Below are positions 50,464 through 58,735 of a DNA stretch of 64,000 nt, piece after piece. Below the pieces are notes generated by a model that was not told where the DNA came from, made no database searches, and saw nothing but the letters and a program-made list of their open reading frames with translations. Position 1 is the first letter of the stretch. Every line of letters starts with the position of its first letter. A program made the translations under genes and the position numbers. This DNA comes from Steroidobacteraceae bacterium (lineage in GTDB: Bacteria; Pseudomonadota; Gammaproteobacteria; Steroidobacterales; Steroidobacteraceae): the NCBI GenBank assembly GCA_035632655.1, contig DASQGK010000098.1, positions 7,810-71,809 of the forward strand, read 5' to 3'.

Positions 50464-51648
50464 TCATTCCCTGAGGCCGGCTGCCACGCGCCGATAGGCC
50501 TCGCGGAACGGAATGCCCTCGCGCACCGCGAGCCGGTTGGCTTCCTCGGCCGCGTGGATCGCCGGATCCAGTTTGATCGCTTCGCGGTTGAATTGCATCG
50601 CCGCGATCGCCGGCGGCAGGATCGCCAGCGTAGCGAGCGCCAGGTCGACGGCACGGAACAGCGGCGCCTTGATGAGCTGCAGGTCGCGGTTGTAACCGGA
50701 GGGGAGCTTGGCGCACACGGCGAGCGCCTCCGTCAGGCAGCCGAGCGCGCTCCCCGAGCGGCCGCGGATCAGCTCGAACACGTCCGGGTTGCGCTTCTGC
50801 GGCATGATCGAGGAGCCGGTGGTGAAGGCTTGCGGCAGCCGCACGAAGCCGAATTCCCGCGTGGTGAACAGCAGCACGTCGGAGGCGAAGCGCGCGAGGT
50901 CCTGCATGAGCAGCGCGATCTCGAAGAGCAGCTGCGCTTCGGCTTTGCCGCGCGACAGCTGCACGGCCGTGACCGGCTCGTGTACCGAGGCGAAGCCGAG
51001 CGCCGCGCGCGTCGCATCGCGATCGATGGGCAGTCCCGGTGTGCCGTAGCCGGCCGCGGAACCCAGCGGGCTGCGCGCCAGACGGCGCCCCACCTCGCCA
51101 AGGCCCTGGGCGTCATCGCGCAGCTCCGCGGCGAAGCCGCCGGCCCACAGCGGCACCGAGCTCGGCATCGCCTGCTGCATGTGCGTGTAGCCGGGCAGCG
51201 CCGTGCCGCCCTCGCGTACCGCAAGCTCATCGAGCGCGTCCGCCACCTGCAGCGCGCCGCTGCTCAGGTCCTCGATGGCCTCCCGCAGGCACAGGCGGAT
51301 TGCGGTGAGCACCTGGTCGTTGCGCGAGCGCCCGAGATGAATGCGCTGCCCGGCGATGCCGATGCGCTCGGTGAGGCGCCGCTCGAGCGCGGTCTGCCCG
51401 TCCTCATCCTCAAGCTCGACGCGCCATGCGCCGCGCTCGTGCTCGGCGGCAAGCGCGGTCAGGCCGTCGCGGATGGCATCGAGATCGGCGAGCGACAGCA
51501 GCCCCTGCGCGTTGAGCATCTCGGCATGGGCGATCGAGGCACGCACGTCGTAGCGCACCAGCCGATCGTCGATCGCGTAGTCGTCCCCCGCCGTGTAGCG
51601 CAGCACGCGCTCATCGAGCGGCGCGCCCTTGTCCCACAGGCGCGTCAT
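50464..51648 (-). CDS. argH: argininosuccinate lyase (short form, LWDKG-type N-terminus)
   Basis: 394 aa from ATG 51648 (ATGA overlap with the argB stop). Motifs: HLGRSRNDQV, PGYTHMQQAMP, and the signature GSSIMPQKRNPD. Confidence 0.92.
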   Translation of the reverse strand: MTRLWDKGAPLDERVLRYTAGDDYAIDDRLVRYDVRASIAHAEMLNAQGLLSLADLDAIRDGLTALAAEHERGAWRVELEDEDGQTALERRLTERIGIAGQRIHLGRSRNDQVLTAIRLCLREAIEDLSSGALQVADALDELAVREGGTALPGYTHMQQAMPSSVPLWAGGFAAELRDDAQGLGEVGRRLARSPLGSAAGYGTPGLPIDRDATRAALGFASVHEPVTAVQLSRGKAEAQLLFEIALLMQDLARFASDVLLFTTREFGFVRLPQAFTTGSSIMPQKRNPDVFELIRGRSGSALGCLTEALAVCAKLPSGYNRDLQLIKAPLFRAVDLALATLAILPPAIAAMQFNREAIKLDPAIHAAEEANRLAVREGIPFREAYRRVAAGLRE

Positions 51649-52580
51649 GGCGTCGCCTGCTGCTCGGCCGGGCTGAGCGCGTTGACGTCGGCCACGATCA
51701 GGGTGCCGGTGCCCTCGTTGGTGAATACCTCGCCGAGAATCCCCTCGGGCGAGCGATACGAGACCACGTGCACCCGTCGTACGCCGCCGCGGATCGCGTC
51801 CTCGATCGCCTTGGCTTTGGGCAGCATGCCGTCGGCGATCTGGCCCGATTCGCGCAGGCGCTTCAGTCCCGCCAGGTCCGTATAGGAGATGAGCGAGCCC
51901 GGATCGGAGACCTGACCCAGGATCCCCGGCGTGCCGGTGCACAGGATCAGCTTCTCCGCCCCGAGCGCCGCGCCGAGGGCCGCCGCGACGGTGTCGGCGT
52001 TGATGTTGAGCAGCGTCCCGGTCGCGTCCGCCGACAGCGGGCTCACCACGGGCATCAGGGCGTTGTCGAGGAGCTTCTTCAGCACCGTGGTGTCGACCGC
52101 ATCGATGTCTCCCACGAAGCCGAAGTCGACCGGCTCGCCGCCCTCGCTCACGCGCACCGGCGGGCGTTTGTGCGCACGCACCAGTCCGGCGTCCACGCCG
52201 CTGATGCCGACCGCGTCCACGTTGAGATCGCGGCACATCGCCAGCAGGCGCGTGTTGATGAGCCCGTTGAGCACCATCGCCGTGACATCGATCGAGCGCG
52301 CGTCCGTCACCCGGCGGCCCTCGATCATCTGCGTGGGCACGCCGAGGGCGGTCGAGAGCTCGGTGAGCTGCGGGCCCCCGCCGTGCACCAGCACTACCCG
52401 CACTCCGAAGTAATGCAGGATGCCGATCTGCTCGACCAGCGCGCGGGTCAGCTCGGGCTCGGCGAACACTCCGCCGCCGGCCTTCACCACGAAGGTCTTG
52501 CCCTTGTACATGCGGATGTAGGGTGCGGCGCTCTTCAGGGCGCGGATCGCCAGGGCCTGGTCGCTGCGATGCATGATCAT
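51645..52580 (-). CDS. argB: acetylglutamate kinase (no fused acetyltransferase domain)
   Basis: 311 aa. Motifs: KTFVVKAGGG, VLVHGGGPQ, LNINADTVAAALG. Confidence 0.93.
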   Translation of the reverse strand: MIMHRSDQALAIRALKSAAPYIRMYKGKTFVVKAGGGVFAEPELTRALVEQIGILHYFGVRVVLVHGGGPQLTELSTALGVPTQMIEGRRVTDARSIDVTAMVLNGLINTRLLAMCRDLNVDAVGISGVDAGLVRAHKRPPVRVSEGGEPVDFGFVGDIDAVDTTVLKKLLDNALMPVVSPLSADATGTLLNINADTVAAALGAALGAEKLILCTGTPGILGQVSDPGSLISYTDLAGLKRLRESGQIADGMLPKAKAIEDAIRGGVRRVHVVSYRSPEGILGEVFTNEGTGTLIVADVNALSPAEQQATP

Positions 52581-52601
52581 GGTGCGCTTGCTTTCCGGAG
52601 G

Positions 52602-53600
52602 TCAGGACTTGAGCAGTGAGTGGAGCACGGCCATCTGCACGGTGAGACGGTTGGCGGCCTCGCGCTGCACGGCGCTGCGCGGGCCGTCGAGCACTTCGTC
52701 GGCGATGGCGGTGTTGCGCCGCACCGGCAGGCAGTGCATGACGCGGCATTCGGGCGCGGCGCGCGCCAGCCAGTCGTTGCGCACGCACCAGTCCTTGAGG
52801 GCGCTGCGCAGTCGGGCATCGCCGGCCGCATCGCCGTAGCTCGCCGTAGCGCCCCACTCCTTCACGTAGACGACGTCCGCCCCCTCGAGGGCTTCCGCGC
52901 GCTCCGCGGTTTCGCGCAGCGACCCGCCGGCGGCGGCGGCCGCGCGCCGCGCCCGTTCCATGACGGCAGGCGGGAGGGCGAACCCTTCCGGGCGCAGCAC
53001 GGTGACTTGCATGCCGCGCAGTGCCGCCATGTGCAGCGCCGCGGCCGGCACCGCCAGCGGCAGCGCGCGCGGATGCCAGGCCCAGGAGAGCACGAAGCGC
53101 CCCCCGCGCGGCACCCCGAGATCGTCCAGCGTCTTCCAGTCGGCGAGCGCCTGGCAGGGGTGATCGAGCGCGGACTCGAGATTGATGAGCGGCTTGTCGG
53201 CGAGCTCCGCCATCGGGCCGAAGCTGCTCTCGGCGAGATCGCTGTCGAGACTCCTGCCTTCCGCGAATACGCGGATGCCGAGCGCATCGCAGTAGGAGCA
53301 CAGGACCGGGATCGCCTCACGCACGTGCTCGGCGGCCGCACCGTCCATCACCGCCCCCGGGCGAGTCTCGAGCTGCCAGCTGCCGTGCCCCGGGTGGATC
53401 ACGAAGGAGCTGCCGCCGAGGCGCGCCATCGCCGCCTGGAACGAGGCGAGCGTGCGCAGCGAGGGGTTGAACATCAGCAGCCCGAGGATCTTGCCGGCGA
53501 GCGCGCGCGGCTCGCCGGTCCGCTCCAGTCGGCGCGCCAGCTCGAGGAGCGACAGCACCTCCTCGCGCCCGAGCTCGCTTAAGGATACGAAGCGCTTCAC
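52602..53600 (-). CDS. argF': N-acetylornithine (or N-succinylornithine) carbamoyltransferase, ArgF' type
   Basis: 332 aa from GTG 53600 (GTGA overlap). FNPSLRT (instead of the STRTR motif of ornithine transcarbamylase), HPCQALAD, W.WHP and HCLPVRRN match my recollection of the Xanthomonas/Bacteroides acyl-ornithine transcarbamylases. Confidence 0.85.
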   Translation of the reverse strand: MKRFVSLSELGREEVLSLLELARRLERTGEPRALAGKILGLLMFNPSLRTLASFQAAMARLGGSSFVIHPGHGSWQLETRPGAVMDGAAAEHVREAIPVLCSYCDALGIRVFAEGRSLDSDLAESSFGPMAELADKPLINLESALDHPCQALADWKTLDDLGVPRGGRFVLSWAWHPRALPLAVPAAALHMAALRGMQVTVLRPEGFALPPAVMERARRAAAAAGGSLRETAERAEALEGADVVYVKEWGATASYGDAAGDARLRSALKDWCVRNDWLARAAPECRVMHCLPVRRNTAIADEVLDGPRSAVQREAANRLTVQMAVLHSLLKS

Positions 53601-54787
53601 GGATCGAGATCCTTGAGCGCATCGCGCAGCGCATCGACGTGCTGCTCCTCGAGGATGTAGGGCGGGAGCAGGCGCAGCACGTGGCTGTCGGCGGAGGTGC
53701 CGGCGAGGATGCCGCACTCGATGAGCTCGGCGTGGATCTCCTTCGCCGGCCTGCGGGTGCGCAGTCCCACCAGCAGTCCCGTGCCCTGCATGCCGGTAAC
53801 CGGCCCCACCAGGCAGGTGCGGCGGATGTAGCTGCCCAGGCGCCGCACCCGCTCGAGAAGCTTCTCCTCGCGCAAGGCGGCGAGCACCGCGTTGATGGCG
53901 GCGCACGCCATCGGGCCGCCGCCGAAGGTGGTACCGAGTGACTCCACTTTGAGCGAGGCGGCGACCAGCGGCGACAGCATCAGCGCCGCCACCGGGAAGC
54001 CGTTGCCGAGCGCCTTGGCCGTGGTGAGCATGTCGGGCCGCACGCCGTAGAGGTTGGCGGCGAAGGGCTCACCCAGGCGCCCCATCCCGCACTGCACCTC
54101 GTCGAATATCAGCAGCGCTCCGACCTCATCGCAGCGTGCACGCAGCGCTGCGAGAAAGGGCTTGCCGAGCACTACCGCGCCCGCGAGCCCCTGCACCGGC
54201 TCGACGATCACCGCCGCGGTGTCGCGGGTCACCTGCGCGCCGATCGCCGCGGTGTCGCCGCGCGGAATGAAGCTCACGTCGAAGGGCGTGCGCGGATAGC
54301 CGTACCACTTCGCCTGCGCACCCCAGGTGACGGCGCCGGCGGCCGCGGTGCGCCCGTGGAAGGCGCCCTCGATGGCGGCGACGTGCGCGCGGCCGGTCAT
54401 GCGCAGCGCCACCTTGAGCGCATTCTCGTTCGCCTCGGCGCCGCTGTTGACGAAGAAGACGCTGCCGAAGGGCAGCTTGGAGAAGCGCACCAGCCGGCGC
54501 GCCGCCTTGGCGCGCACCTGCATGGCCACCGCGTTGCTCTGGAACTGACACTGCGCGGCCTGGGCCGCGAGGGCCGCGGTCCACCCGGGATGTGCGTAGC
54601 CGAGCGCCACGACCGCGTGTCCGCCGTAGAGATCGAGCAGCCGCTCGCCGCGGCTGTTGGTGAGCCAGACGCCCTCTGCGGCGGCAATCTCGAGCGGGTA
54701 TTGTGCGAACACCTGCGCCTGGAAATCCCGCTGCGGCGCTTTCATCGTGGTGCGCGCGGCGGTCGCGGTCGGCGATCTCTTGGCCAT
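53597..54787 (-). CDS. argD: acetylornithine (class III) aminotransferase
   Basis: 396 aa. Motifs: VFFVNSGAEANENALK, IFDEVQCGMGR, and the PLP lysine in TTAKALGNGFP. AAGAGG RBS. Confidence 0.88.
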   Translation of the reverse strand: MAKRSPTATAARTTMKAPQRDFQAQVFAQYPLEIAAAEGVWLTNSRGERLLDLYGGHAVVALGYAHPGWTAALAAQAAQCQFQSNAVAMQVRAKAARRLVRFSKLPFGSVFFVNSGAEANENALKVALRMTGRAHVAAIEGAFHGRTAAAGAVTWGAQAKWYGYPRTPFDVSFIPRGDTAAIGAQVTRDTAAVIVEPVQGLAGAVVLGKPFLAALRARCDEVGALLIFDEVQCGMGRLGEPFAANLYGVRPDMLTTAKALGNGFPVAALMLSPLVAASLKVESLGTTFGGGPMACAAINAVLAALREEKLLERVRRLGSYIRRTCLVGPVTGMQGTGLLVGLRTRRPAKEIHAELIECGILAGTSADSHVLRLLPPYILEEQHVDALRDALKDLDP

Positions 54788-54799
54788 CGGTGCGCCTCT

Positions 54800-55885
54800 T
54801 CAGGTCCAGCCGGGCGCGGGCTGGGTGAGACCGGCGGTCTCACTGAAGCCCAGCATGCGGTTCATCCACTGCACGGCGCCGCCGGCGGCGCCCTTCACCA
54901 GGTTGTCGATCGCGCACATGACGGCGATGGTGCGGCCGTCGGCTGCCGCGGCGAGGTGGGCGTAGTTGCTCGCCACCACTTCCTTGAGATGCGGAGAGCG
55001 CTCGGCCACGCGCACGAAAGGCGCGCGCGCGTAGTACTCGCGCAGCGCGCCGCAGGCCGCGGCGCCGTCGAGCGGCCGGGTGAGCCGCGCCTGCACCGTG
55101 ACATGGATGCCGCGGGCGAAGGGGCCCGAGTGCGGCACGAAGGCGAGCTGCGCCTCGACGCCGGTCGCCGCCCGCGCACAGGCGATGATCTCCGGCGCAT
55201 GGCGGTGCCTGAGCACGTTGTAGCCGTAGAGATCTGCGTGACGCAGCGGATGGTGCGTGCCCTCGACGGGCTTGCGGCCCGAGCCGGTGCTGCCGGTGAC
55301 GCCGCTCACGAACAGCAGCGGCTCGCTGAGGCCGAGCGCGAGCAGCGGCACCGCGGCGAGCAGCACCGCGGTGGCAAAGCACCCGGGATGCCCGACGTGC
55401 GGCGTCGTCAGCGTCTCGAGATGCTCGGGCAGGGCGCAGCTGAACTCCTCGAGCCGCGCCGCGGCCCCATGCGCGTGTCCGTAGACTGCGGCGTATTCCT
55501 CGCCCGAGGCGTAGCGGAAATCGGCGGAGATATCCACCACCCGCGCGTTGCTTCCGGCGCGCGCCGCGGCGGCGAGCACCGTGTCGATCAGGCCGGCCGA
55601 GACGCCGTGGGGCGCGGCCGAGAACACGGCCAGGGTCGGCGCCCCGGCGAGCTGGCGCGTCACCTCCGCGAGGGTGCCGAAGCGCGTCTCGGGGTACGCG
55701 GAGACCAGGTGCGGAAAGGCGCTGGCCAGCGTTTCCCCCGGCGAGCTCTCCGACATCACGCCGGCCAGGCTCAGCTGCGGATGGCCGGCAATCAGCCGCA
55801 GCAGTTCGCCGGCGACGTAGCCGGTTCCGCCGAGAACCACCGCGGGGAGGCGCCCGCCCGCGCCGTTGGCTGCGCGCGCGCTCAT
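54800..55885 (-). CDS. argC: N-acetyl-gamma-glutamyl-phosphate reductase
   Basis: 361 aa from ATG 55885 (ATGA overlap with gene X). Motifs: VLGGTGYVAGELLRL, catalytic Cys in GHPGCFATA, DNLVKGAAG. Confidence 0.93.
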   Translation of the reverse strand: MSARAANGAGGRLPAVVLGGTGYVAGELLRLIAGHPQLSLAGVMSESSPGETLASAFPHLVSAYPETRFGTLAEVTRQLAGAPTLAVFSAAPHGVSAGLIDTVLAAAARAGSNARVVDISADFRYASGEEYAAVYGHAHGAAARLEEFSCALPEHLETLTTPHVGHPGCFATAVLLAAVPLLALGLSEPLLFVSGVTGSTGSGRKPVEGTHHPLRHADLYGYNVLRHRHAPEIIACARAATGVEAQLAFVPHSGPFARGIHVTVQARLTRPLDGAAACGALREYYARAPFVRVAERSPHLKEVVASNYAHLAAAADGRTIAVMCAIDNLVKGAAGGAVQWMNRMLGFSETAGLTQPAPGWT

Positions 55886-56955
55886 GCGGCGGCGGCTGCG
55901 GCGAGCCCCAGCGCCTCGATCACCCGGTCGCCGAGGGCTGCCGCGTTGCTGATGGCGTTGAAGGCCGGCACGTTGAGCTGCGTCGTGATGATCTCGACGC
56001 CGACCTGGTTGTCGGTGCACGGGCCGGTGACGGCGCACGGCTCGATGCGGAAGCGATCGCGCAGCAGCTTGACGCCGCCCCAGGCGGCCACCGGGTCGTT
56101 GGCCGACAGGACCACGCCGGTGAGTGCGCTGCGAATGTCGGCACACTCGAGGATGGCGTCCACCCCGTAGTTGCCGAGAATGCCGTCGCCGAGCTCGAAC
56201 ACGACGACGTCGGGCTTGGCTGCAGCGAGCTCGGTCAACATGGTGCGCGTCAGCGCCGGACCGTTGGCGCGTGTGGTGGTGACGATGCCGAGGTCGGTGA
56301 AAATCGCGCAGCGGCGCGCGCCCGCGTCCTCCATCGCGAGAATATCGCGGCGCAGCGACACGCCGGTCGCCTTGAATGCATCGACGGTGAGCCCCCGATG
56401 ACGCATGCGCGACACGATGGCGCAGGCGGCGGCGGTCTTGCCGGCCTCCATGCAGGTGCCGGCGAGCGCCACCACCGGCACACCGCGCGTGTCGAGCGCG
56501 GCATTCGCATCGAGCCGCTTGTGCCCGGCGCGCGCCGGCACGCCGATGCGCTCGCCGAGGTAGGGAAAGTTGAGCGCCACGCCGAGCACACGGCAGTCGA
56601 AGGGCTTGCCCTTCTCCGGGTTGATCGAGTCGCACACCCCCAGCACACCGCCGATGTTGAGCATCTGCAGCACGTCGCCGGGCTGCACCGCGGCCGGCAC
56701 GTGCCCGGAATAGCCGAACAGCGCCTGCCGGTGGCCGAGCGCGCCGGCGACGATATCGCCCTTGCCGACCTTGGCCATGCGGCCGCTCACCAGCTCGAGG
56801 GTGTTGTAGGTCGATTTGTTGTTGAGCACCTCGACCACGATCACTACGCCTTCTTCCGCCGGAATGTCGGTGGCGATGCGCACCTCGTGGGACAGGCCGC
56901 AGGCCTGCGTGACCGAGGCGAGCTTGTCGACCAGGACGCTGCGCATGCCGACCAT
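55882..56955 (-). CDS. uncharacterised protein: N-terminal domain of about 165 aa plus a BioD/CobQ/DUF1611-class (SIMIBI) P-loop domain
   Basis: 357 aa from ATG 56955, 2 nt after the argG stop. P-loop GTCMEAGKT (residues 166-174, nt 56434-56460) and FELGDG (residues 253-258). No motif of any canonical arg enzyme. Confidence 0.75.
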   Translation of the reverse strand: MVGMRSVLVDKLASVTQACGLSHEVRIATDIPAEEGVVIVVEVLNNKSTYNTLELVSGRMAKVGKGDIVAGALGHRQALFGYSGHVPAAVQPGDVLQMLNIGGVLGVCDSINPEKGKPFDCRVLGVALNFPYLGERIGVPARAGHKRLDANAALDTRGVPVVALAGTCMEAGKTAAACAIVSRMRHRGLTVDAFKATGVSLRRDILAMEDAGARRCAIFTDLGIVTTTRANGPALTRTMLTELAAAKPDVVVFELGDGILGNYGVDAILECADIRSALTGVVLSANDPVAAWGGVKLLRDRFRIEPCAVTGPCTDNQVGVEIITTQLNVPAFNAISNAAALGDRVIEALGLAAAAAA

Positions 56956-56956
56956 G

Positions 56957-58180
56957 TCAGCCCTCCCGTGCCGCACGCGCGGCGCGCTCGCCGGCTCGTG
57001 TATAGAAGACGCCCGGGAGCGCGGCGATGCGCGAGAAGCCGAGCGCATCCGTGGGCGACCACTCGCCCGCCGCCTCCCCATAGACACCGCGCGAGGCGGC
57101 CATGAGCGAGTAGGGCGACTCCACGCCCTCGACGAACAGCCCGCCGGTCTGGAGCTGCAACAGCACCTCGCCGGTGACGCGCTGCTGGGACGACAGCAGC
57201 AGCGCTTCGATGTCGCGGCACACCGGATCGAGCAGCTGGCCTTCGTGCACCAGGTCGCCATAGGGCTGTGCCAGCTGCTCCTTGATGCGCTGCTGCCGTG
57301 CGGTGAGGGTGAGCTTCTCGAGCTCGCGGTGCGCGGTCAGCAGGACCTCCGCGGCCGGCGCCTCGAAGGCGACGCGCCCCTTGGTGCCGATGATGGTGTC
57401 GCCCAGGTGGATGCCGCGTCCGATGCCGAAAGGAGCGGCGAGCGCCTCGAGCTGCTCGATGATCTCGACCGGAGAGCTCGCGCGGCCGTCGAGCGCGGCC
57501 GGCAGCCCCTGCCGGAACGAGAGCACGTGGCGCTGCGCCGCGCGCGGCCGGGTGAAGGCCTCGCGCGTGAGCAGCCAGGCCTCCTCCGGGATACTGCCGC
57601 TGGAGGTGAGGGTCTCCTTGCCGCCGATGGTGACGCCCCACAGACCCCGGTTCACCGAGTACGCCGCTCCCGTCGGCGGGACCGGCAGGCCGCGGGAGGT
57701 GAGGTACTCGAGCTCCTCCTGACGCTTGAACGCCCGGTCGCGTACCGGCGCGAGCACGGTCAGGTCCGGCGCCAGTGTGCGCAGCGCCACTTCGAAGCGC
57801 ACCTGATCGTTGCCGGCGGCGGTGCAGCCGTGCGCCACGGTGTCGGACGCAAGCTCGCGCGCCATGCGCGCGACGGTCTGCGCCTGCATGACGCGCTCGG
57901 CGCCGACGCACAGCGGGTAGAGCGCTCCGCGGCGCACGTTCCCCATGATGAGAAAACGCAGTACCTGCTCGAAATAGGCGGCGCGCGCATCCACCTGGTG
58001 GTGCGCGACGGCGCCGAGCGAGCGCGAGCGCTCGGCGAGGGTGCGCGCGGCCGCGGCATCGATACCGCCGGTGTCGACCGTCACGGTGATGACCGGACGG
58101 CGGTGGGTTTCGGCGATCCACGGCACCAGGAACGAGGTGTCGAGTCCGCCCGAGTAGGCGAGGACGATCGGAGTAGGCAT
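56957..58180 (-). CDS. argG: argininosuccinate synthase
   Basis: 407 aa from ATG 58180. Motifs: VLAYSGGLDTS, AHGCTAAGNDQVRFE. Confidence 0.95.
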   Translation of the reverse strand: MPTPIVLAYSGGLDTSFLVPWIAETHRRPVITVTVDTGGIDAAAARTLAERSRSLGAVAHHQVDARAAYFEQVLRFLIMGNVRRGALYPLCVGAERVMQAQTVARMARELASDTVAHGCTAAGNDQVRFEVALRTLAPDLTVLAPVRDRAFKRQEELEYLTSRGLPVPPTGAAYSVNRGLWGVTIGGKETLTSSGSIPEEAWLLTREAFTRPRAAQRHVLSFRQGLPAALDGRASSPVEIIEQLEALAAPFGIGRGIHLGDTIIGTKGRVAFEAPAAEVLLTAHRELEKLTLTARQQRIKEQLAQPYGDLVHEGQLLDPVCRDIEALLLSSQQRVTGEVLLQLQTGGLFVEGVESPYSLMAASRGVYGEAAGEWSPTDALGFSRIAALPGVFYTRAGERAARAAREG

Positions 58181-58185
58181 GGCTT

Positions 58186-58638
58186 TCAGATTCCGAAGAG
58201 GCTGCGCAGGCGGGACACGAGCTCCTCCTGCGCGCGGGCGCTGGCGGTGGCGATGAAGATGGTGTCGTCGCCGGAGATCGTGCCGGCGACCTCGGGCCAT
58301 GCGGCCTTGTCGATGGCGACGGCGACCGACTGCGCCGCGCCGATGGTGGTGCGCAGCACCGTGATCGAAGGCCCGGCGCGGCGCAGCTCGCGTACGAACT
58401 GCGCCAGCGACTCGAAGTCGCCGTTGGCCCGAGTCACCTCGTCGGGCGGCAGCACATAGCGGCCGCTGGCTTTCAGCACGCCGAGGTCGCGCAGGTCGCG
58501 GCTGATCGAGGACTGGGTGGCGTCGTGTCCCGCTTTCTTCAGCAGGCGCACCAGCTCCTGCTGCCGGCGCACGGCACCGGTGCGCAGCAGGCGCATGATG
58601 GCGCCGCGCCGCTGCAGCTGCTGCGCTTCGCTCACCAC
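58186..58638 (-). CDS. argR: arginine repressor ArgR
   Basis: 150 aa from GTG 58638 (AAGGA upstream). Motifs: QQELVRLLKKAGHDATQSSISRDLRDLG, C-terminal GTISGDDTIFIA. Upstream in-frame starts (58689, 58722) would run through the operator. Confidence 0.85.
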   Translation of the reverse strand: MVSEAQQLQRRGAIMRLLRTGAVRRQQELVRLLKKAGHDATQSSISRDLRDLGVLKASGRYVLPPDEVTRANGDFESLAQFVRELRRAGPSITVLRTTIGAAQSVAVAIDKAAWPEVAGTISGDDTIFIATASARAQEELVSRLRSLFGI

Positions 58639-58651
58639 CAGCGGGTTTCCT

Positions 58652-58690
58652 TGGGCATAAATATGCGGGCATTGTGCATATTCATGCATA
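58652..58690 (-). promoter_or_regulatory. double ARG box operator (18 bp - 3 bp - 18 bp)
   Basis: On the - strand: TATGCATGAATATGCACA-ATG-CCCGCATATTTATGCCCA. Both boxes have a GCAT-W4-ATGC palindromic core. TTGACT lies just upstream. Confidence 0.6.
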
Positions 58691-58735
58691 CGAGTCAAGA
58701 GCGCGCGGCCGCGGGCCGGCAAGGCCCCGCCGCGC

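Noticed and set aside
51649-53301. The N-terminal 551 codons of the 945-aa - strand ORF that ends as argH.
   Set aside because: This is read-through of an alternative frame across argB and argF'. The Arg-rich translation carries no motifs. The true argH starts at ATG 51648, which overlaps the argB stop.
54356-56170. 604-aa + strand ORF.
   Set aside because: It is antisense to argD, argC and gene X. It has Arg/Gly/Ala-rich composition and no motifs.
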